From: a virus
Direction: 5' to 3' (one strand)
Length of the DNA: 64,000 nt
Virus record (IMG/VR): IMGVR_UViG_3300031521_000040
Span: 1-64,000 of that record
Every line of letters starts with the position of its first letter. The stretch's first letter is position 1. Positions 48,501 to 57,701 of the stretch are shown in pieces. The notes under the pieces were generated by a model that did not search any database, was not told the origin of the DNA, and saw only the letters and a list, made by a program, of their open reading frames with translations. A program made the position numbers and the translations under genes.

Positions 48501-50422
48501 TTTACGATAATAGTTATGTTGGAATAATAAATGATTTAAAATTCGTGTGTGATAAGATAATAAAAATGGATTCTATTAAGGAAAAATATATTGCATATAA
48601 CACATATTTAAATCCACGTGCAACAAATGTTATTAACTATGGAAGTCATTTTAAAGATATTTTAGTTCCATTGTTAACTAAAACAAATGTGATAATTTAT
48701 GGTGAGAATACATTTAAGCCTGTTATCACTACGCAATCATTTTATAAATCATTGTTTTATGTGGATACCGAAAAGGGGGGGGCAAAATTAGATATAAATA
48801 AAATATACTTTAATAGCTTTTGGTCTTCATTGTATGGTCTATTGGATGATAGAGAAAAAGAACTAATAAAAGAGGAGGGCGAACAGAAAAAGCTGAAAGG
48901 AGATGAGGATATTGTTGCTCAAACATACTACTCGTTTAAAACAATAAATGATAAGTGGCTATGTAGTCCAGAAAATAATAGTGACGGATACCCATATAAT
49001 ATTGCAGGAAAAAAATTAATTGATTCGTTTGCGTTTGTTGATCGTGCTATGAATCCTGCTGGTGATATTATAATAAATCCAGAAATATTACTAAATGCAT
49101 ATGATGACACAAATATTTCTGTTTTTTCAATACTATCTCAAATATTATCATTAAATGGATTTGAATTTTTTCCATTGCAAAATTTTATGAATGATGATAA
49201 TGGGTGGAATGATACATTTAAAATAGATACTAATGGCGAAGTGAGTAAACGACCAGCTTTTGTATGTATGTATGTTGGTGGTTCATCTAGTTACCCATCC
49301 AACACATCCAACGGTTTTGAAAATGACGGTATTATTGATATAAATAATGGTGTTCCCAACGATTTTAATGCGGACTGTCAACAAAATCCCGAATCAGATA
49401 TGCAATCCGAAAACAACAAAGACTTTCCGTATCGTAAAATTCGTGCTTTTAATGTAAAATTCGCACAACAAAATCAGTCAATGTTTACTGACATGAAAAT
49501 TGAAAGTAAAGAGTTTCCTGAAACAAATGAATCACTTCAAATTTTAGCAAGATTAGCTGGTGATAGTAGAGATAATCCAGCAATCCCTAAAGGTCAGAAT
49601 CTATATAATTTATATGAAAACCGTGCATACCGAGCTACCATAACTGGTCTAGGTAATGCAATGATTCAACCAACACAATATTTTCAATTAGATAATGTAC
49701 CTATGTTCAATGGAGCGTATTTAATATTATCTGTGGAACACAATATTGTTGCAAATAAAATGACTACATCGTTTTCAGGTACTAAAATATTGAGATACCC
49801 CATGCCAAAAATAATAAATCCTATGTCGGTATTGGATTTTGAGGGGACAAGTGTTTCTGAATATATAGAAGCAGCAGGTACTGTAACATCGGTTGATTCT
49901 CAACCAAATCCCACTACATTCATTCCGTATGTTCCCAATGGGGGCGTAATTCAAATAAATGCGCCAATAAATCCGCAGTTGGTAAGATTCTCTAGTGGAT
50001 ATGGTGAAAGAATAATCAAGGGTGTTAAGGGATTTCATTATGGAAATGATTTTGCTGCAACTAAAGGAACTCCAATTTGGGCTGCTCAAGATGGAAAAAT
50101 TCATAAGCTTTTGCATCAAGGACATGGTGAAGGATTAAGTGGAGGGTTTGGTGAATATGTAACTATTGACCACGGAAATAATATTTATACTGCATATGCA
50201 CATATGATGCAATGGGCAGATAGTTTAAGGGTTGGAACAAATGTGAAGGCAGGTGAAGTAATTGGTTGGGTTGGTGACACCGATTCCCCCAAGGCATTTC
50301 ATTTACATTTTGAATATAGAAATGGTGCTGATAATGAATTTGACGGTCTTAAAGTAACTGCTGTTGATCCTAAACCACACTTATTAAGATCAATGAAATC
50401 TGTATATGCTAAAACTACTTAA
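45566..50422 (+). CDS. large virion (baseplate hub-like) protein with a C-terminal M23 peptidase
   Basis: HYGND (HxxxD), YAHM, HLHFE; GNAMIQP..YF.L.NVPMF.G.Y.I..VEH hub-type motif; GTATTTAT at 45558-45565. Confidence 0.75.
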   Translation: MKPNEMPVIDYLNDPDSVNINPNIINAIPQYQDMHIFAELTASRRARSVIVIGGDTQSTPDFKVNFIGNNQNQNNPNYLNFTTNYYDGSTRDNEEQFESFGIASIKVVVNSSYIPTVSIQFVDIRGLSFFNNENSKYRILFDFPPPVFNLKIKGYYGRTLSYDLHLVKYTSEFKSENGNFVIDAEFVAITFAPLSDVLFRYAINFPLIEDFRSESTIISDPKLPPKNTYEFILKIKNLLPEIKNYLNTESETGDFKRLSDQLTANNSTLALLYAYNEHLKHGTPYIFTVDDSVINEQGETNNSSVRPLNSFSDYDKNIKSNITGIKLYIGFITESNSSQEIFSFSGSTQSMISTLQSNELKAYAKELNDRGIKGSVGNIATESEISKPEIINNTFNISIKQHSNIQTSYQVIDITSFYTKLFKTNYDIATNRTTVAKSLNTKINNNIIGTLGMNPTIYNVFKLILDDVDTFFRKLRKTSQDAQDHHNRADNKGKILNGGMKDVGSMKASQPIYSFPLLIKITCGNKEEKTSPTAINQKLSPTEQFPESILISDFIDTFSKQKHNVINNNMKNEKDSEGNNIWIPISPQDSTIVSGDTRSPYFGLDSNTSQINMNEDKIINQYLTVILNRFYVLSEGIIPDKLYGDKNNPYLKFYSQSEALNLKLSVFNKDVVGILKKFALDNANYTNFYTYLSTHLHSLYKFQNNEKSVINGVYSNKGDVNFRGVFLSDGVVDIQAPTSDTNKPINTFITKSQRSFFESPFSGSLPEAYFQFTVQNIIYISDNFVNSKGNSSSDESKVSNGIHLQTRFLLPSNSSTFNSSESISLSNILNQGNAAFIGSRSSIGSKNEFVDVVDVWVNTLAANDTFLYDKVINTHSRLSSVLLLSNFGHTLSPFSVFKSLNKTIFQTPSVVEVPYYLSSYVGALVYVIENKMINELMDFFNSKSNLIKIGILIIADIHDIQKYLSKNDKAMFLSKYENFYDNSYVGIINDLKFVCDKIIKMDSIKEKYIAYNTYLNPRATNVINYGSHFKDILVPLLTKTNVIIYGENTFKPVITTQSFYKSLFYVDTEKGGAKLDINKIYFNSFWSSLYGLLDDREKELIKEEGEQKKLKGDEDIVAQTYYSFKTINDKWLCSPENNSDGYPYNIAGKKLIDSFAFVDRAMNPAGDIIINPEILLNAYDDTNISVFSILSQILSLNGFEFFPLQNFMNDDNGWNDTFKIDTNGEVSKRPAFVCMYVGGSSSYPSNTSNGFENDGIIDINNGVPNDFNADCQQNPESDMQSENNKDFPYRKIRAFNVKFAQQNQSMFTDMKIESKEFPETNESLQILARLAGDSRDNPAIPKGQNLYNLYENRAYRATITGLGNAMIQPTQYFQLDNVPMFNGAYLILSVEHNIVANKMTTSFSGTKILRYPMPKIINPMSVLDFEGTSVSEYIEAAGTVTSVDSQPNPTTFIPYVPNGGVIQINAPINPQLVRFSSGYGERIIKGVKGFHYGNDFAATKGTPIWAAQDGKIHKLLHQGHGEGLSGGFGEYVTIDHGNNIYTAYAHMMQWADSLRVGTNVKAGEVIGWVGDTDSPKAFHLHFEYRNGADNEFDGLKVTAVDPKPHLLRSMKSVYAKTT

Positions 50423-50424
50423 AT

Positions 50425-50452
50425 AAAAAAACCCCGATATCGGGGTTTTTTT
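50425..50452. terminator. bidirectional intrinsic terminator
   Basis: aaaaaaaccccg-atat-cggggttttttt between convergent genes. Confidence 0.9.
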
Positions 50453-50454
50453 AT

Positions 50455-51231
50455 TTACAACAAACCTTTTTTTAATTCATGTAATTTAATTATATCGTCT
50501 TCAACATCAGTTTTTTTGTATTTCATTTCTTTTATTTTTTGAATTGTTTTTGAAATGTTGTCCTCAACGTTATTCTTATTCAATTTTTCAAGTATTAATA
50601 AATTTTCGTTTTTATATTCTTCTAACAGCGCTTGTTTTTCTTCATTAGTTGATTTGGTTAGTTTATTAAATAGGCTTCTATCGCTTTCATCCAGTGATTT
50701 GTATTTGCTGTTGAACTTATCAACAGCCATTTCAATAATATCATCATTAATTCCTTCGTGTTCAACGCTTTCAATTAGTTTAGTCTTTGGCTCTTTAATG
50801 TGATTTAATACTAATGTAAATGATTCATGTACTATATCAACATCAATTTCATCGTAATTACACAGTGATTCGGTTATTAGATTATCTATTGCATTATAGA
50901 GAGCAATCTTGCTATTCATTGGTATTGTTGCTTCAGTAATAAACGGTTTTAATTTTTTACGCTCAGCATTAATTTCATCAATAGTGTATACTTCAAATAA
51001 CTTTATTGAATTATCAATATATCGTGATGCTGTTAATTCATTATCAATGAATTTATTTTCTATCCCACTAAAGACTTTGAATTCGAGTTGTAGTATAGGC
51101 GAATTTTTCACTATTGAATAAAAATCAAAAGTTTGCTTTTTAGATTCTCCTAGAAGCTTGCTGTCGAAATAAGATTCTTTCAGTTTATTTGAAATCATGA
51201 AATTAACAATTCCAATGTTGATATTTTTCAT
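50455..51231 (-). CDS. putative head-assembly/core protein
   Basis: helical protein downstream of portal, many (I/L)xE sites; late motif at 51252-51259. Confidence 0.55.
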   Translation of the reverse strand: MKNINIGIVNFMISNKLKESYFDSKLLGESKKQTFDFYSIVKNSPILQLEFKVFSGIENKFIDNELTASRYIDNSIKLFEVYTIDEINAERKKLKPFITEATIPMNSKIALYNAIDNLITESLCNYDEIDVDIVHESFTLVLNHIKEPKTKLIESVEHEGINDDIIEMAVDKFNSKYKSLDESDRSLFNKLTKSTNEEKQALLEEYKNENLLILEKLNKNNVEDNISKTIQKIKEMKYKKTDVEDDIIKLHELKKGLL

Positions 51232-51295
51232 ATAATTTATTTTGATTTTTTATAAATACTGTATTAATTTGTAAATTATCATTATATTGAATATT

Positions 51296-53281
51296 TTATG
51301 GAATATCAATATGTGTTATATCGATATCATCGTCATCATTATTTTTTTGTTTATTATTAATTGTATCTGAATTCTGAAGCATCTTATCGATTTCTTTGAT
51401 CATACTATGAGCTTTTATGTTCATATCTTCGTTTGCTTCCATGTTTTCACTAATGATTTTTTTATGTTTAGCTTCATTAGCTCTTTTGGGTTCTAGATTT
51501 CCACCAAATACCATCTTCTCAACATGTTTAGTGAATTCTTCTTCACTTAATCTTCCTTGCATTTCAGCTAATGGTGGTAATTCACCACCACTTGCTTCAC
51601 CACCCACTGGTGGCATTCCACCCGCTATCGGTGGCATTCCACCCACTGCTGGCGGTGGTGTTCCCCCTGCTGGTGGCGCTCCTGCTGCTGGTGGCATTCC
51701 ACCTTGAGCAGTTGCTCCACTTGCTTCACCACCCATTACTAATTCGGGTTGAGCAAATCTTTTATCAATATCAGTAAATAAACCTGATTTCTTTATTGTA
51801 ACTGGTGCATCAGCAAGCTCTTGCATAACAACCTTTTCCATTTTCTGTTGTTTAAGGTCATCAACGATTTCCTTATCACTCATATTAAATATAATACGTT
51901 TTGCATTGGTATGTGACATTGCTGCAATTCCGTTTTCACCACGTGTTAATTCAGTATAAGATTGCGCTTTATCACGTAATAGTTCCGATTTAAGCAATTC
52001 TTGCTGTGTTGATGGATTTGTTAATGTTAACTCAAAGCTGTTTAAATCTTCGTTGCTATAACCTAATAAGTATAAATGTATCATAGCCATTTTATTAAGC
52101 TCCTGAATCATTGCTTGTTGAATACGACTTACTTTTTTTGCAAAACGTATATCATATTGTGCCATGTTTTTACCAGCGCCAGCAGCATCTTGAAAACTTA
52201 AAAATGGTTTAGGAACGCCAAGACCAATAAAAAGATTATCTCTTAAATATTCTATATCTTGAATTGCATCGAGATTACTAGCCCCGGGCAATGTATCAAT
52301 ACCTGTTTGTGAATTGCTATTTCTCATTGGAAGGAAATAATCTTCATCATTCCCCAATATATTAAATCTATAGTCGATTTGTCCATCATTAGGATTCACC
52401 TGACCTACTTTTTTAAATTTAGTTGCAACCTTATAAATATAATCTTCAATATCGTCTTCATCGATATTACCAACATCTATCTTAAACACTTTTTTCTCAC
52501 CAGCACGAACAATACGATAGGTTAACATGGCATCTTCAGCCATTACAAGCTGTCTAAAGACCCTACGAACCTTATTTAATATGGAACTACCATAGGGTAA
52601 GTACTTATCATCCCCAAGTAGTCTAAAATGCGCTATTTCAAAGACGTTGAATTCATCACCTGTCATTCTTTCCTTAAATTTGACTAATGGTTTACCGTTT
52701 TGAATTCTTTCAAATCGTTCAATTTCATAGTTAACCATTTGTTTGACGTGTGTTATACCTTTTTTTCTTTCGCCATATAATAAGACAAAATTATCACCAT
52801 ATTTTACAGTATTTCTAACCCAAAATGGTAAATTAACGTTAACATTAACAATATCATAGAAAAATTCTTCCAATAATGATTTAATACGTTCTTTGTTTGA
52901 ATATATATTAAGCATTTTGCCATTAACACCGATGGTTGTGGCTTCTTCCATGAATAAATCCAAGGCTGAGGATATAATTGGGTAATATTCCATACCCTCA
53001 TAGTCTATGTATGCGGGCAGACGTGCTGCCTCATATTGAAGTGCCTTTTGGAATCCTCTATCTGTTGTACGAAAGAATTTACTTTGAAGTTCTTTCTTTT
53101 GTTGTAATTCTAAGCCTTTTTGATGAATTTCTTCAGGTGTATTACCTTTGATGATAATCTTAGTTTCCTTAGCGGGGGTGGATTGTGATACTGATGGTTG
53201 TGTCTGTTGTCCACTAAAATCACCGAGATTAAAAAATCCATTAAGTTGTTGATATATTGTTCCTTTTTTTTCTTCAGCCAT
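51296..53281 (-). CDS. gp20: portal protein (T4 gp20-like)
   Basis: ME.YP.ISSALD, KYGD.F, HFRL, PYGSSIL, EDAML.YR..RA.E..VF.IDVGN, EDYFLP, IDTLPG, L.VPK.FL. Confidence 0.95.
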   Translation of the reverse strand: MAEEKKGTIYQQLNGFFNLGDFSGQQTQPSVSQSTPAKETKIIIKGNTPEEIHQKGLELQQKKELQSKFFRTTDRGFQKALQYEAARLPAYIDYEGMEYYPIISSALDLFMEEATTIGVNGKMLNIYSNKERIKSLLEEFFYDIVNVNVNLPFWVRNTVKYGDNFVLLYGERKKGITHVKQMVNYEIERFERIQNGKPLVKFKERMTGDEFNVFEIAHFRLLGDDKYLPYGSSILNKVRRVFRQLVMAEDAMLTYRIVRAGEKKVFKIDVGNIDEDDIEDYIYKVATKFKKVGQVNPNDGQIDYRFNILGNDEDYFLPMRNSNSQTGIDTLPGASNLDAIQDIEYLRDNLFIGLGVPKPFLSFQDAAGAGKNMAQYDIRFAKKVSRIQQAMIQELNKMAMIHLYLLGYSNEDLNSFELTLTNPSTQQELLKSELLRDKAQSYTELTRGENGIAAMSHTNAKRIIFNMSDKEIVDDLKQQKMEKVVMQELADAPVTIKKSGLFTDIDKRFAQPELVMGGEASGATAQGGMPPAAGAPPAGGTPPPAVGGMPPIAGGMPPVGGEASGGELPPLAEMQGRLSEEEFTKHVEKMVFGGNLEPKRANEAKHKKIISENMEANEDMNIKAHSMIKEIDKMLQNSDTINNKQKNNDDDDIDITHIDIP

Positions 53282-53395
53282 TTCTATAATTTTTTATAGT
53301 TTTTTATAAATACAAATATTTTCTGGAAAATACTTTCATATAAATACTATTTGATCTACATTTGTAAATCTAATTTAATTATCAGGGATATAATA

Positions 53396-54835
53396 ATGAA
53401 GGTCAATAGGTTTATTGAAAGAGGAAATTTAAAACATAATGGATTTTATGACTATTCATTAGTTATTGAAGCACAAATCAGAGAAAAGTTTAAAATTATT
53501 TGCCCAATACATGGCGTGTTTGAGCAAAGAGGTGATGCACATTTATCGGGACAGGGATGTGGTAAATGCAAAAAATCCATATTAAAATCTCAAAATGAAT
53601 TCGTTATAGATGCTAAAATAAAACATGAAAATTATTATGATTATACTCTTGTTAATTATGTAAATTCAAAGTTATGTGTTGACATTATTTGTCCTGTACA
53701 TGGGGTTTTTAAACAAACACCTGATAATCATCTAGCTGGTCATGGATGTGCTAAATGTGCATTTGTATTAAATTCATCTATAATGAAAAATGTTTCAGCA
53801 GATAAATTTGAAAATGAAGCAAACGAAACACATAACGATAAATATGATTATCAAAATTCAATATATACTAGAGCAAAAGATAAGATAAATATTAGCTGTA
53901 AAATACACGGGGAATTTAAACAAACACCGAACGATCATTTATCTGGAAAAGGTTGTCCTAAATGTGGAGTGAACCTATCGATAGGCGAAAATGAAGTACG
54001 TGACTTTATCGAAAATGAATTAGGTTTTAAAACAGATAAAATTAGAATAGAAAGTAAAGAAATTGATATTTTTATTCCAGAAAAAAATGTTGGCATTGAA
54101 TACGATGGTCTATATTGGCATTCGGATAATTTTAGGGATAAAAAATATCATTTAAATAAGACCTTATTATGTGAAGAACATAATATTCAACTACTTCATA
54201 TTTTTGAGGATGAATGGATTAATAAAAAAGAAATTGTTAAATCAATAATCAGGTCTAAATTAGGCGTTGTTAATAATAAAATATTTGCTAGAAAGTGCAT
54301 TGTAAAAGAATTGAAAGTAACTGATGTTACAAAATTTCTGTTTGTGAATCATTTACAAGGCAATGTAGGGGGCTGTGCTAGATATGGATTGTACTATAAT
54401 GACGAGCTAGTGTCATTAATGACATTCGGTAAAAAAAGAGCATCAATGGGTGTTAAGATTAGAATTGATGATGAATATGAAATGATGAGATTTTGTAACA
54501 AACTCAACGCAACTGTTGTTGGTGGAGCAAGTAAATTATTAAAACATTTTATAATAGAACATAATCCTGCCTCAATTCTAACATTTGCTGATAGAAGATA
54601 TTCCAATGGTAATTTATATCTAGAATTGGGTTTCAAGCATGTCGGGTATAGCGACCCTAACTATTTTTATTTTTCTAAAAACAGTCTAAAACGTGAATAT
54701 CGTTTTAAATACAGAAAAGATATTCTTATTAAGCAGGGATTTGATGCATTAAAAACCGAGCATCAAATCATGCAAGAAAGAGGGTATTATAAAATATTTG
54801 ATTGTGGTCATATAAAATTCATCATGCGTTTTTAA
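53396..54835 (+). CDS. Hef-like homing endonuclease: Zn-ribbon repeats, Vsr-like nuclease and C-terminal GNAT(Mom)-like domain
   Basis: three YDY...C..HG.F.Q...HL.G.GC..C repeats; EIDIFIP...GIEYDGLYWHS; ARKC..NHLQG..MTFG..RFC..GGASKL..FADRRYS..DCG; TACATTTG at 53357-53364. Confidence 0.82.
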   Translation: MKVNRFIERGNLKHNGFYDYSLVIEAQIREKFKIICPIHGVFEQRGDAHLSGQGCGKCKKSILKSQNEFVIDAKIKHENYYDYTLVNYVNSKLCVDIICPVHGVFKQTPDNHLAGHGCAKCAFVLNSSIMKNVSADKFENEANETHNDKYDYQNSIYTRAKDKINISCKIHGEFKQTPNDHLSGKGCPKCGVNLSIGENEVRDFIENELGFKTDKIRIESKEIDIFIPEKNVGIEYDGLYWHSDNFRDKKYHLNKTLLCEEHNIQLLHIFEDEWINKKEIVKSIIRSKLGVVNNKIFARKCIVKELKVTDVTKFLFVNHLQGNVGGCARYGLYYNDELVSLMTFGKKRASMGVKIRIDDEYEMMRFCNKLNATVVGGASKLLKHFIIEHNPASILTFADRRYSNGNLYLELGFKHVGYSDPNYFYFSKNSLKREYRFKYRKDILIKQGFDALKTEHQIMQERGYYKIFDCGHIKFIMRF

Positions 54836-54851
54836 TGTTTACATAAAATAT

Positions 54852-56891
54852 TTACTTTTTTTCTTTGATTCCATTATACAGCCAATCATTTACCATATGT
54901 GGATTATATGGTGAATTGCTGTTTGGCGAAATATATGGTTGTGTTCTATCAGCCATTGACCTTTCCTTAACTTGATTAAAACTTATCATAGCGTTGATCA
55001 GTTTTTCACTAAGACTTTTACTTTGTTTAAACCTAACCATATCAAAATTATATGTAAAGAGTCCAATTGCCAATCCCATTATGGAATCATCATGAAATGA
55101 ACGTTTATGGTCTGCAACTCTGTTACCATTAACAGTAACAAATGTTTTTAATTCGTTTAATAATCTTACTGATCTGATTGTTATGTCAGCTAAATTTATT
55201 GCTCTTTGCAATTCTAGCAATACTGATGCACGATTGTTTCCGATAAAGAACCCCGGGATTAAATCCACTGATATTATAGCACCATCAGGCATTGTTTTCT
55301 GTCCTTTTTTGATGTATCCTTGAAGTCTATCTCTTGACGGTTTATGTGTAACTTCTGCATAATGAACGTTTTCATACCCAATTTCAAGTAATTTTTCAAC
55401 TGTTTGAATGCCAATACCTCCTGTTATATCAACAACGCAATATGCATTATTATATCGTTTCCCGAATTGATATGCTATTTCGGATAACATCTGTGGTGTT
55501 ACTTTGCCATAATATTCGGCAACTTGTTCTAACTTATGCCTTTTTATCTTAACATCTTTTGTTTTTCCGTTTTTTGTTATAGACCTGATTTCAATAATTT
55601 CATCAACCTTCATTATGTTAATGGTAGAATTATCCTCACCATGCCCAGCAGATGCATCAATACCCATAATATAGTTTTGATCTGGAATTGCATCTTCCCA
55701 AATCCACATGTTCAAATCAATATATTCTTGACGAATAGGTGTTCTTACTTCAAAATCTTGAATACGTTTAATATATTCTTCAGCAATGAAGTTATCACCA
55801 GAACCAAGGAAACTACATAAAAGTTCTTGTGCGATTGCCTTCATATCTCCATTGGCATCCTTGACTTGTTCTTCAAACCATGGTGAGCTTGCTTCCCAAC
55901 CATCATCCATCATTTGAATTCTTCGTTTAGTATCCCAATTTTCATCAGGTAATCTAATTTCAGTTTCTTTTCCTTTGTTTTTAAGCCATGAAAGATTTTT
56001 ATTATATCTTGGGTCGTTAAACCACCACAACTCAACGGCTTTCCAGTTGTTTTCACCTCTTCTTGCACCATCAAAGTGTTTGTAAAATACTGCATCTAAA
56101 CCAGATGGAGTACTAACCATGATTGCTGCACCACCAGTACCTAATGTTGGTTTAGCTGCTTTCCAAAACTTATCACCCTTTTCTGTCCATGCGGTTTCAT
56201 CCCAAAATATTAAAGTAGGTGTCATACCACGTAGACCTTTAGATGAAAATGCACCTAATCTAGAACCATTATCGTATATTTTTAGCTTTTGAGTATCTTT
56301 AAGATTTTCTTTGGTTTCTCTACCCGTTTTAGGTCTAAGCCATTCAGGACAACCTTCTATAAATAATAAAACATCACTCATGATTTCATCACGTGCTGTT
56401 TCTAATTTATCCGCAACAATAGCTACTTGTCTATTTTCATTAAAACAAATATACCATGCTATATAAGCACACGTTGTTGTTGAAATACCAGCCTGACGAT
56501 ATTTATTGGCAACAACAAATCTATTTTCTCTATAGGATTTAATTAAATCTTTTTGAAAGTCGAATAGGCTAAATGGAACGATTAATCCTGCAGTTCCTTG
56601 TGTTTGGTCAAAGATCGTTAAGTATGTTTCAATGAAGTAAATTGGGTTTATTGCACAACGGACAAATTCTTGTTCTTTTTCTGTTTGTGTTAGTTGAGTA
56701 ACCTTTTTAACAGTACCATCATTGGTTGTGATAATAGGTATTATTTTTCCTGATTTTTTTCTTAATTCTTCGCTTAATTTTCTGGCATCCTCTTTTTGCT
56801 TTTCTCTTTGCGTATTATGAGGTATTATTGGTATATGTTCGGGAAATAAATCATCATCATCAACTTCGGGAACATTTTTATTATCTTTCAT
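54852..56891 (-). CDS. terL: terminase large subunit (T4 gp17-like)
   Basis: YFIETY, LFDFQ, KYRQAGIST, FWDETA, VSTPSG, AQEL.C.F, GIDAS.G.G.D, HDDSIM. Confidence 0.95.
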   Translation of the reverse strand: MKDNKNVPEVDDDDLFPEHIPIIPHNTQREKQKEDARKLSEELRKKSGKIIPIITTNDGTVKKVTQLTQTEKEQEFVRCAINPIYFIETYLTIFDQTQGTAGLIVPFSLFDFQKDLIKSYRENRFVVANKYRQAGISTTTCAYIAWYICFNENRQVAIVADKLETARDEIMSDVLLFIEGCPEWLRPKTGRETKENLKDTQKLKIYDNGSRLGAFSSKGLRGMTPTLIFWDETAWTEKGDKFWKAAKPTLGTGGAAIMVSTPSGLDAVFYKHFDGARRGENNWKAVELWWFNDPRYNKNLSWLKNKGKETEIRLPDENWDTKRRIQMMDDGWEASSPWFEEQVKDANGDMKAIAQELLCSFLGSGDNFIAEEYIKRIQDFEVRTPIRQEYIDLNMWIWEDAIPDQNYIMGIDASAGHGEDNSTINIMKVDEIIEIRSITKNGKTKDVKIKRHKLEQVAEYYGKVTPQMLSEIAYQFGKRYNNAYCVVDITGGIGIQTVEKLLEIGYENVHYAEVTHKPSRDRLQGYIKKGQKTMPDGAIISVDLIPGFFIGNNRASVLLELQRAINLADITIRSVRLLNELKTFVTVNGNRVADHKRSFHDDSIMGLAIGLFTYNFDMVRFKQSKSLSEKLINAMISFNQVKERSMADRTQPYISPNSNSPYNPHMVNDWLYNGIKEKK

Positions 56892-56905
56892 TATATTATT
56901 TTATA

Positions 56906-56913
56906 ATAAATAC
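56906..56913 (-). promoter_or_regulatory. putative late promoter GTATTTAT (terminase)
   Basis: 14 nt upstream of ATG 56891. Confidence 0.7.
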
Positions 56914-56924
56914 TATAATGTCAG

Positions 56925-57090
56925 TAAAACCGCAAGGCTCGGCTAATATCTGGATTAGTCGAGCCTCGAAACCTAGTGTTCCGAATAAGGCAACATAGGC
57001 AATTATTAATAATTTAAGCAAAAAACGATGTATATCGTGACACATCGATTTTCGATTTCCTTCCCCCGAATGGTGGGATGAACTCATTTA
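56925..57090 (-). ncRNA. candidate structured small RNA(s), two related units
   Basis: GC-richer intergenic island with four hairpins, downstream of GTATTTAT (57111-57118) and TATATTTG (57095-57102). Confidence 0.45.
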
Positions 57091-57129
57091 TGCACAAATA
57101 TAATGCAATTATAAATACTATGCAATAAT

Positions 57130-57618
57130 TTATTTAAGAGATATCGATGTTGTTTCAATAAATTCATTATCTCTTAATATGATTTTTCTTGACTCAAGCA
57201 TTTCTTTTATTTTATCTAGTGATGTGCCATAGTGAAATACCAATAATGGTGAATCATCATTATCACTGCTACTAAACATTTTATCATAATCACTGACACC
57301 ATCATCATCATTTATTGATGGAATTTCATATGCTAGTGCATGTATTGTATGATAGCCATGCATATATTCTCTATCAGTAGCTTCATGTAAACAGAATAAA
57401 TCAAACGACTTGGTTTTTAAGCTAAATATGCCATTAACAAAACTTTCTTCTGGTGGAATTGCATGATCACACGCTGGTGATATATCCCAACACCAACCTT
57501 CCATATCAATATTTGTTTCATCTAATGAAAAAATGAATTCATACAAACCTTCGTCTTTAGAGTTATATCCTATTTTCAATACATATATCAGTTTCAATTT
57601 ATCTCCTTCGTATTTCAT
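57130..57618 (-). CDS. conserved hypothetical protein upstream of terminase
   Basis: 162 aa; late motif at 57632-57639. Confidence 0.7.
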   Translation of the reverse strand: MKYEGDKLKLIYVLKIGYNSKDEGLYEFIFSLDETNIDMEGWCWDISPACDHAIPPEESFVNGIFSLKTKSFDLFCLHEATDREYMHGYHTIHALAYEIPSINDDDGVSDYDKMFSSSDNDDSPLLVFHYGTSLDKIKEMLESRKIILRDNEFIETTSISLK

Positions 57619-57646
57619 GATATTGTTTTCAATAAATACTATCCAT

Positions 57647-57679
57647 AAAAAAAGCCACCACTTTTTTAAGGTGATGGCT
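57647..57679 (-). terminator. intrinsic terminator
   Basis: minus strand agccatcacc...gtggtggcttttttt. Confidence 0.65.
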
Positions 57680-57701
57680 AGGGTTCTAAGGCGATTCTTT
57701 A

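Noticed and set aside
51560-51720. GC-rich repeats at the portal 3' end as a separate element
   Set aside because: They encode a low-complexity GGMPP/GGTPP tail in frame with the portal protein.
56896-57087. 63-aa ORF upstream of terL
   Set aside because: It runs through a terminator-like hairpin with a T6 tail and through the terL promoter; better explained as structured RNA, though not excluded.
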